Of a DNA stretch of 64,000 nucleotides, positions 47,652-55,173 are shown in pieces. The notes under the pieces were generated by a model. That model had not been told where the DNA came from, did not search any database, and saw nothing but the letters and a program-made list of their open reading frames with translations. Origin of the DNA: Candidatus Dojkabacteria bacterium (GTDB lineage Bacteria > Patescibacteriota > Dojkabacteria > B142 > OLB20). The DNA is taken from positions 95,488 to 159,487 of the forward strand of contig DAOMOX010000003.1 in NCBI GenBank assembly GCA_035444565.1, written 5' to 3'. The translations under genes were made by a program, and so were the position numbers. Each line of letters begins with the position of its first letter. Within the stretch, counting starts at the first letter, position 1.

Positions 47652-48168
47652 ATATTTGTAAGAATTTGATGAGTGAAGTATGTACTAAACAATTTTTATA
47701 AGGAATGGCTGGCTTTCTCGGACTTAAGCTCTAAGAATAATGAGCATCTTCGTTTATAGTGATCATAAATTAGGCAAAATGAAGATTATGTAAAACATAC
47801 TCTAGTCATTTTGCACTCTCGAGTCTTGTTTCTATTCGACTTCACTTCGTTTGTCTCATAGACAAGATCGGAGCAGCGCAAGGCTGTTCCCGACAACGGT
47901 AAAGTTCGTCTTCACTTCGTTCGACTCACTAATTGTTTCGTAAAGGCGCAGCAAGCTGCATCCTCATTCTACTTTATTAAACGGAGGCAAAAAGAATATT
48001 TTGTAAAACAAAATCTAATCTTTTTGCACTCTCGCCAGTGTATTTACTCGTAAACTCGTAAACACTCGCGGAGAGCATGGAACTTCGCTCGAACTTTTTT
48101 TCTTAAGTATCCGCAGATAAAGATACAAATACCTAATGTCTCTTTCAATTATATTAAAGGAAAACACA

Positions 48169-49014
48169 TTATTCAAAATTTTTAATATCTCTCCATATTT
48201 GTAAATAACTCTGTAAATCCTCAGGGTGATGCTTGCGACATGAAGATATCCTTTTAAATAGAGAAATCTTAAGAAAATCTGATTTCCGATCTAAGTTAAT
48301 TGGGAAGATTTTTAGAAACCTTGATAGACATGTATCGTAGTTTTTAGGATTAATTTGCTCAGGAGTAGAGCAAAAAGCAAATAAGAGATCATATAAAGGG
48401 TGACCTATTATTGGATCGGGATCAATTATCCCTAGAGGTTTATCAAACGTGTAGAAGATATTATGAAATCCGAAATCACCATGAATCAGATACTTCGTTG
48501 AGAAGTAATCATGAGAGTATCTTATTTTTATCAGGTCAACCAGTGAATTTAATTCGTCCACTTGAAAAATATCCGAGATATATTTATATGCTTCCTGCGA
48601 TTGCTTAATAATGAAGTCAGCAAAAGACTTAGCTGTAAGAAATCCACTAAGAAACCCAAATCTTTCAGTTTGGGAAATTATTTTATACTTGCTTAAGAAC
48701 GATTCTGTAAGAATCTCTAATATTTCTATCTTGCTGTAGTTTTCACGCAATTTCTTTAAATCTAGATAATCGATTATAAGCTCGTCTGGTTTTGAATATA
48801 TTAATCTAGGTAGGTAAGGTAATTCTGAGTATTCTTTGTAGAAAAACGCTTGTGGAGAGATCGAGTTAACAGCACCTGATTTATATACATATTTTCTGTT
48901 TTTTGACGTTTTTAGGAGAAATATATTATCGCCAGACCCACCAGATAATCTCCTTGAAGAAGTGATCTCACAATCTAATATTAGTTCAATCTCCTGTACT
49001 TTTTTATGATTCAT
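48169..49014 (-). CDS. Aminoglycoside/choline-kinase-like phosphotransferase (APH fold)
   Basis: LIHGDFGFHNI catalytic loop and IIDPD. Confidence 0.65.
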   Translation of the reverse strand: MNHKKVQEIELILDCEITSSRRLSGGSGDNIFLLKTSKNRKYVYKSGAVNSISPQAFFYKEYSELPYLPRLIYSKPDELIIDYLDLKKLRENYSKIEILEILTESFLSKYKIISQTERFGFLSGFLTAKSFADFIIKQSQEAYKYISDIFQVDELNSLVDLIKIRYSHDYFSTKYLIHGDFGFHNIFYTFDKPLGIIDPDPIIGHPLYDLLFAFCSTPEQINPKNYDTCLSRFLKIFPINLDRKSDFLKISLFKRISSCRKHHPEDLQSYLQIWRDIKNFE

Positions 49015-49141
49015 ATTACATGTAAATTTTCACTCGAACATATGAATTATGACTTGAATAAAGCGTTAGTTTAAGCTTAAAAACCTACCGTTCTATCCTC
49101 CCTAAAATTTTAGTGCTTGCATATAAGCCTTATCGAAGATT

Positions 49142-49226
49142 CGGAGAGGACAGGATTCGAACCTGCGGTCCCTTGCGGAACATTGGTTTTCAAGACCAAC
49201 TCATTAGACCACTCTGACACCTCTCC
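49142..49226 (-). tRNA. tRNA-Ser (anticodon UGA), CCA not encoded
   Basis: Minus strand reads GGAGAGG...CUUGAAA...long variable arm...GGUUCGAAUCC...CCUCUCC-G. Confidence 0.85.
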
Positions 49227-49536
49227 ATATTAAATTGTAACACTTAGGTTTTTCCCTCTTCGCTATGCTACGAGGGACTAATTCGCGTAAGTTCGCCTTA
49301 TGGCTCACTAACCGCTCATTGAGCAAGACCAGCTCATTAGACTTCATCCCGCCTTGGCGGGACAAGCTCTGACACCTCTCCATATTAAATTGTAACACTT
49401 AGGTTTTTCCCTCTTCGCTATGCTACGAGGGACTAATTCGCGTAAGTTCGCCTTATGGCTCACTAACCGCTCATTGAGCAAGACCAGCTCATTAGACTTC
49501 ATCCCGCCTTGGCGGGACAAGCTCTGACACCTCTCC
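49227..49536. repeat. Two identical 155-bp tandem units immediately 5' of tRNA-Ser, each carrying a tRNA-Ser 5'-half-like segment
   Basis: Direct reading: 49227-49381 equals 49382-49536. ORF-track ORFs 49204..49398 and 49344..49538 are translation echoes of the repeat. Confidence 0.85.
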
Positions 49537-49880
49537 ATATTAAATTGTAATTGATTGGTTTTTCCCCTACGGGGATCAGTTCAGGTAAACTCTCCCCTCT
49601 TCTGACTTTGTCAGCAGATGGGATTGTTAACCCTTCACAGTCTAGACCAGCTCAAAATGCTCTGCTTGCCCTTCGGAGCCTTGGCAAAGAAGGGACACCT
49701 CTCCATTTTTTCTACGAAATTGGGAATTTCTATTAAATTGTAATACCTTGGTTTTTCCCCTATGGGGATTAATTCGCATAAGCTCGCACTACGTTTCGCT
49801 TGTGCTTGCTAACTCCTTAGTTATAAGACCAACACTATAAACATCATCCTACACTTACTTGAAGTGTAGGACATTCTCTT
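49537..49880. repeat. Two further diverged copies of the same unit
   Basis: Unit boundaries ATTAAATTGTAA, GGTTTTTCCCC-TAY-GGGG hairpin, and CACCTCTCCAT end recur at 49537 and 49731. Confidence 0.7.
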
Positions 49881-50050
49881 CCCGCAAATTCTTATGGATA
49901 AATTATATCAGATATATTCTTATATTCTAATTTTCCTAAACTTCTCTCCAATTCATTTGTTTTAATATGTTGTAATCTTTATTATTTATTTTAAAAAGAG
50001 AGGTAATTTGTATATACAATATAAATAATTAGAAAAAGAATTATTGGTGA

Positions 50051-51109
50051 TTATTCTGATAATAGAAATTCAGTAAGAATTGCTTGATACTTTCTAAGGC
50101 TTGATATGCTAACCCATTCCTTATCAGTTCCGATTCCACCCCCAACAGGACCAAATTCTACTCCTGCGCAATTTACTTCTGTGAAATGTCTTGCATCAGA
50201 TGAACCATTTGCACCATAAAATTTTACAGAGTTTTTTGTGAAATTCGATACAATTCTTTGTAGTTTTATTAAATTAGGATCTGTCTCTTTTACATATAAA
50301 CTGGGTTCATTTACTACGATTTCAATTTCAAAAGTATTATCTAACAATGACTTAATATTATCTAAAATTGTTTCGCTATCTTCGGGTATATAACGGATAT
50401 CTAAATCTATAGTGCATTTATCTGGGATTTTATTGAAACTCTCGTTTGTGGTAGAAATATTACTTAAATTCAAAGTAGATTGCCAAGAATCTTTTAGGGG
50501 AATGGGAAAAGTCTTTTCAAGCTGAGTCAATAAATTATGCATCTTCCAAATTGCGTTTTTCCCTCGCCATGGATATGCTCCATGAGCTGTTTTTCCCTTT
50601 GTTGTTATTCTCAGCCAGATAATACCTTTAGCTTTATTCACTATATTAAATCCTGTAGATTCACCTGCAATAACGAAATTACTTCTTACCCCTTCTTGTA
50701 TTTGGTACTTGGTTCCATCAAATCCACCAGTTTCTTCATCTGTAACTAACTGTAGTCCAAGTGGATATTTTACTTTTTTAGCAACATTGTTAAAAACAGA
50801 AACAAGTGAGGCGACGTTACCCTTCATGTCCATTGCCCCGACACCATATAATCTATCACCTGTAATTACGGGAGTAAATTGTTTTTCTTTCCCAGGTATA
50901 ATATCAAGATGACCATTTAAAATATACTTGAAAATTTTAGGTCGTTTACTTCTGTTATACACTAAAACACTATTTTTCCCGTTTGATTTAAAATTCTCAA
51001 TAGTATAATCAGTTAGAGAGCTCAAACATAAATCTAATGCTTCATTTAAAGCCTTTGTATTTCCTGGAATAGTTTTGATTCTAATTAATTTTTTAGTTAG
51101 ATTAAGCAT
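50051..51109 (-). CDS. M20-family metallopeptidase/deacylase (ArgE/DapE-like). Start taken at MLNLTKK.
   Basis: GHLDIIPG...GVGAMDMKGNVAS metal-binding motifs. Confidence 0.7.
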   Translation of the reverse strand: MLNLTKKLIRIKTIPGNTKALNEALDLCLSSLTDYTIENFKSNGKNSVLVYNRSKRPKIFKYILNGHLDIIPGKEKQFTPVITGDRLYGVGAMDMKGNVASLVSVFNNVAKKVKYPLGLQLVTDEETGGFDGTKYQIQEGVRSNFVIAGESTGFNIVNKAKGIIWLRITTKGKTAHGAYPWRGKNAIWKMHNLLTQLEKTFPIPLKDSWQSTLNLSNISTTNESFNKIPDKCTIDLDIRYIPEDSETILDNIKSLLDNTFEIEIVVNEPSLYVKETDPNLIKLQRIVSNFTKNSVKFYGANGSSDARHFTEVNCAGVEFGPVGGGIGTDKEWVSISSLRKYQAILTEFLLSE

Positions 51110-53114
51110 CGCTAGATAGGTTAGGATAAATTGGAAGCCAGTGAGTGAGTCCATTACCATGAACATTATTCTTTTTCCCTTCCCTAGAACCTGTTGGGAT
51201 CGCGGATCTGAATCCACCCATAAACCGTGGTAAACCACCCACAAGAGAAAAGAAGTTTCTGTCAATAACAATTGTTGGAACACCGTTTATAATTGCCTCG
51301 GGATTCTTTAATTCGGGTTGAACGACATAACATCCTCTTTCTTCGATGTCTCTTAATAATTCTCTTAAACCGTTTACTTTACGGAAATTTAAGGTGTGAT
51401 GACCGTAGGCTCCGTATGTACGTTTTAATGGTTTAAATCTCGTTCCTTTTTCTCCATTTTCTACTTCTGGAACATCGATACCTCTCAAAGCTAGATGGTG
51501 AGCATAAACTTCTGAAATTAGCATTCCACTCGGAGCAGTTTCAAGCAGTTGTTTAATTTGTTTTAATGATTGCGTACTTACATGATTGCTATCGTGTGTA
51601 AGAAGGTCCAATCCAAAAGCTTTAATTACACCATGCTTTAAATCTATTCCTAGCTTAGATAATTGTTTCATGCCTTGTTCACTAAAAACGCTTGAAATAG
51701 GTAATTGATCAAAAAGTTGTAATAAGAGGTCTCTTTCAAGATCTTCATATAGATGGATCGCAAAATTTTCGTCAGCATCCTGCAAATCTGTGTTTGATCG
51801 CGATACATCTTTAAATCCTCTACCTGATAAATCAAAAACTTGCTGTTTTAGTATAGGTGAATAATAATTAGCACTAGGTAAAAATTTCTTAATTTGTTGG
51901 AGAACCACCTCTCTAAGAAATCTTTGAGAATATATTTTGTTTAAATCTTCCGATCCATTAATTTGCAATCCCATCCCGATTGTCTCCATATATTCCTTTG
52001 TATCATTAATCATTTGGGATAAATCCATATCAGGTCCGTCTATATTTAATGTTAAAGAATACATTTTTATATACCTTCTCATATCTGCATCATTTAGTAA
52101 AGATTCCGGGGCTTCGGATGTTGGATCTTTTAGTTTGCTTATAGGATCAGAGGATCTAACTACAAATACATAATCACTATGATTACCGTTTTCTTGTCTA
52201 TATGTTTGTAATTCTTGTGGACTAAAAACCTTATCGAATCCTGTTAACCTATATACCTCATCATCTGGTAATGGTTCATCCGATGTTTTTCCAAATTCAC
52301 TTCCCTTAATTGCGTCGTATTTAGGATCTGTGACTGCAACAATAGCTATTTTTTTCCCACTAATCGTACGCATATGTTCAAGTGTTTCCCTAAACTGAGA
52401 TTCAAAGAAACTGGGCTCACCATTGGGACTTGGAAACATTTTTGATAAAAGTTGATACATTGCAAGTGAATTTTCTAATTCGAAAATTCCTCCACGTATT
52501 ATCTCTTTTACATCGTTAGGAGTCATAGATTCTGCTAGTTCAAGAAACGATTGTGGTAATGCTGTCATATCAATCTGAACCATCATATTAATAGGATTAC
52601 CTTCAGAATCAATTATAAACTGATAATCAGTTTCCCATTCTCGATTCTTTGCTACTAAGTCTCTAAATGCTTTATTATATTCATCATATAATTCAACCAA
52701 TGCAGTGATTACAATATTTGGATAGAATGTGGGATTATCAGGTAAGGTAACAAATGGACCTGCAGTAGACTCTATAAAGTGTTGACTTCGAACAACAGGT
52801 CCTCCCTCTCTGTAATTTATTCCAGGTTTTTGTGGTGGTGATGCAATTGCACCTTGTACGTAGGGATGGTTTGTGTCCAATTCACCGCGATGAGCTCCTA
52901 AAACAATTAATTCTGTAGGAGTGTCAGGAAAAGTATAACCAAGAATAATTACAGGTGTATTAATGATTTGAACTTCAGCACCATTACCATTTGTTTGTAG
53001 TATTCGTGCACGAACTTCATGACCTTCTAGAGAAAGGTGATGATGGTGTGAGGTATGATTAGTTGAACTATCAAAAGGTAATACCGGTCCATTAACATTT
53101 TCATATTGCGTCAT
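51102..53114 (-). CDS. Large (~670 aa) protein of unknown function. Start taken at MTQYENV, just 3' of the terminator.
   Basis: ORF only; no family recognised with confidence. Confidence 0.4.
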   Translation of the reverse strand: MTQYENVNGPVLPFDSSTNHTSHHHHLSLEGHEVRARILQTNGNGAEVQIINTPVIILGYTFPDTPTELIVLGAHRGELDTNHPYVQGAIASPPQKPGINYREGGPVVRSQHFIESTAGPFVTLPDNPTFYPNIVITALVELYDEYNKAFRDLVAKNREWETDYQFIIDSEGNPINMMVQIDMTALPQSFLELAESMTPNDVKEIIRGGIFELENSLAMYQLLSKMFPSPNGEPSFFESQFRETLEHMRTISGKKIAIVAVTDPKYDAIKGSEFGKTSDEPLPDDEVYRLTGFDKVFSPQELQTYRQENGNHSDYVFVVRSSDPISKLKDPTSEAPESLLNDADMRRYIKMYSLTLNIDGPDMDLSQMINDTKEYMETIGMGLQINGSEDLNKIYSQRFLREVVLQQIKKFLPSANYYSPILKQQVFDLSGRGFKDVSRSNTDLQDADENFAIHLYEDLERDLLLQLFDQLPISSVFSEQGMKQLSKLGIDLKHGVIKAFGLDLLTHDSNHVSTQSLKQIKQLLETAPSGMLISEVYAHHLALRGIDVPEVENGEKGTRFKPLKRTYGAYGHHTLNFRKVNGLRELLRDIEERGCYVVQPELKNPEAIINGVPTIVIDRNFFSLVGGLPRFMGGFRSAIPTGSREGKKNNVHGNGLTHWLPIYPNLSSDA

Positions 53115-53126
53115 AATAACTATTTT

Positions 53127-53154
53127 AAAAAACAAAAAAACCGCCTTTCGGCGG
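53127..53154 (-). terminator. Rho-independent terminator after the MIP-channel gene
   Basis: Minus strand: CCGCC-GAAA-GGCGG followed by UUUUUUUGUUUUUU. Confidence 0.65.
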
Positions 53155-53312
53155 GATAAATAATTTTCATTCATATCATCCTACGCCGAGTTAACGGTTG
53201 GTAAAGAGGATGATAATAAATGAACTGTTGTAATACATTTCTATAGTTTTAACAAAAACTTTTCGAATTTTAACATGATACTTTTCATCTGACAACAATA
53301 TCTTATATTTTT

Positions 53313-53927
53313 TTAGTCCAGTTTGTTAGATATTAATCTATAAAGCTGGAATCCGAATACTGCGCCTAGTAAATCAATAAACACATAAACCACTGAAGAG
53401 ACTCCCAAACCTAACATGACCGCTGGGTTTAGAAATGCTCCGGCTCCAAATAAAGAAGCTATTGCTAAACCAACTAACAATGAACCACCGATCACTACTC
53501 CGTATAATTCATCATCAACTGCTTTATGTACTACAGCGGAAATTCCAAAAGTGAAAATCAACATTCCAAGGAACTCACCAAATAATGCTGAATTTTCAGT
53601 TGAAAATCTGATTGGAGACGTTAAATCTAGGAAATTTGATAAATAGAATGCTGACGCACCTCCAAGTAATTGAGCCATTAGATATGCAAGTGCTTGTTTG
53701 GCTTTAATTTTCTTCAGTGAGAAAATTCCAAGAGTAACACCTGGATTTAAGTGGGAACCAGATATACTACCAATGGTATAAACGAATATCAGCAAAGTAA
53801 GCGCTGCCAACACAGCTGTTGAGACAGTGAAGTCACCTGCAACTGATACAATAACAACGATTGACAGAATAAAAGTCCCAAAGAATTCTGCAAAATACTT
53901 TTTTAAGTTTTGTGTATCTATTTCCAT
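53313..53927 (-). CDS. MIP-family channel (aquaporin/glycerol-facilitator-like)
   Basis: SGSHLNPGVTLG and GAFLNPAVMLG half-repeats. Confidence 0.7.
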   Translation of the reverse strand: MEIDTQNLKKYFAEFFGTFILSIVVIVSVAGDFTVSTAVLAALTLLIFVYTIGSISGSHLNPGVTLGIFSLKKIKAKQALAYLMAQLLGGASAFYLSNFLDLTSPIRFSTENSALFGEFLGMLIFTFGISAVVHKAVDDELYGVVIGGSLLVGLAIASLFGAGAFLNPAVMLGLGVSSVVYVFIDLLGAVFGFQLYRLISNKLD

Positions 53928-53950
53928 GATAAATTTTGTAAAAAATAAAA

Positions 53951-55096
53951 TTAATTTTGTAGAATTTTTTCAATTAACTTAACTGAAAGTCTTACACATG
54001 GGTCAAATGTATTCAAGTATAGAAACTCGTCTTTTGTATGTTCCCCTCCTCCAGGCGGTCCAAGATAATCAAGACATGAGATTTCAGGATTAAATGAAGT
54101 AAGTCTGTTCATATCAGATGCACCACCTTTATGTACCGAGTCAATTTCTAAACCTATTTCCTTGCCTACTTGGCGTGCAAGTTTAAAAAGTTTTAAATTA
54201 TTTTCTGTCTCCTCTACTGGGAAACCGTTAACTTTATTGGTTGTTTCTAGTTTGATAACTTTATCCTTGGGAGTTATTGCCTCGATAGCAGATTTTACAC
54301 GGTTATACTCTTCAATACTGTCTAATCTTGCATCGAGAAAAATCTCAGCTTCGGGTGCTAGGACATTAAGCGCTTGCCCTCCATTAAATTTACCAATGTT
54401 AATTGTAGTGCCTTTTTTGTAATCAGATAGTCTTAAAATATCTTGAGATTGAGATAATAGTTCATGTATTGCACTATGTCTCATACTTTCTTTATTTAAT
54501 ACTCCTGAGTGTCCACCAGGTCCATTGGCTTTTATTGAATATCCTAAAATTCCCTTTCTCTTTGTAACAAGTAATTTTTCATTTATATTTGGCTTAACGT
54601 CCAAACTCCCCTCCCCTTCGTAAACAAGCAAGTTTTCAATATCTTGGGCAATTTCTTCAAAATCAGGATAATGAGAGGTCAAGAAGTGTTCTTCCTCGCT
54701 CGTGAATAATAAATTAATGTTTTTGAATTGGTTTTTCTTATGGAGCTCCTTGACTGCCTCTAATATAACAAGCACCCCAGCTTTCATATCCGCGGTTCCT
54801 GGTCCGAAAAGTTTGTCATCAGTTAGCTTAATTGTAAAGTCAGAAATATCTGGATAAACAATATCTATGTGTCCGGTGAGTGTAATTGATTCTAGTTTTG
54901 AATCCCATTTCTTTGCTTTCCCCATCAAAATTGGGGCTAAATCTTTGTTGGTGGATTCGAATGATACCCAATTTATTGGGATATCCTTTAAATATTCTTT
55001 AACAAATTGTTGTGCTCGGATTACCTCGGATCTTTTAAATGCGAACGAATCTATTCTTATAAATTCAATTAATTTATCTATGACTTCTTTTTTCAT
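53951..55096 (-). CDS. M20-family metallopeptidase/deacylase
   Basis: LTGHIDIVYP...LFGPGTADMKAGV. Confidence 0.75.
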   Translation of the reverse strand: MKKEVIDKLIEFIRIDSFAFKRSEVIRAQQFVKEYLKDIPINWVSFESTNKDLAPILMGKAKKWDSKLESITLTGHIDIVYPDISDFTIKLTDDKLFGPGTADMKAGVLVILEAVKELHKKNQFKNINLLFTSEEEHFLTSHYPDFEEIAQDIENLLVYEGEGSLDVKPNINEKLLVTKRKGILGYSIKANGPGGHSGVLNKESMRHSAIHELLSQSQDILRLSDYKKGTTINIGKFNGGQALNVLAPEAEIFLDARLDSIEEYNRVKSAIEAITPKDKVIKLETTNKVNGFPVEETENNLKLFKLARQVGKEIGLEIDSVHKGGASDMNRLTSFNPEISCLDYLGPPGGGEHTKDEFLYLNTFDPCVRLSVKLIEKILQN

Positions 55097-55173
55097 TAAT
55101 CACAATTAATTAATTGATTTTACAAGAAATCATTAAATATGCCTATACATTTGATAAATAACATAATTGTAGG

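Noticed and set aside
47858-47900. SRP (4.5S) RNA domain IV-like motif GGAGCAGCGCAAGGCUG
   Set aside because: The conserved AGCAGCCAAGG element would lie on the wrong side of the apical hairpin on either strand. There is no matching GGUCAGG partner strand.
48066-48094. Degenerate copy of the tRNA-Ser 3' end (CGGAGAG...TCGAAC) as an attR-like site flanking the kinase-like gene
   Set aside because: The match is only skeletal, with several indels. GGAGAG and TTCG are common motifs. It is kept only as a remark inside the noncoding-block finding.
49227-49536. Possible CRISPR array
   Set aside because: There are only two identical long (155-bp) units, with no short unique spacers between short repeats, and no cas genes in the window.
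49204-49538. Two overlapping 64-aa minus-strand ORFs with identical sequence (MERCQSLSRQGGMKSNELV...) and a 61-aa plus-strand ORF at 49551-49736
   Set aside because: They are translation echoes of the 155-bp tandem repeat and the tRNA-like segments. The identical peptides simply reflect identical DNA units. There is no start context or coding bias.
53115-53174. Longer N-terminus (MNENYLSRRKAVFLFFKIVI) of the 690-aa ORF
   Set aside because: RRKAVFLFFKIV is encoded exactly by the CCGCC-GAAA-GGCGG hairpin and its U-tract. The start at MTQYENV (53114) is preferred.
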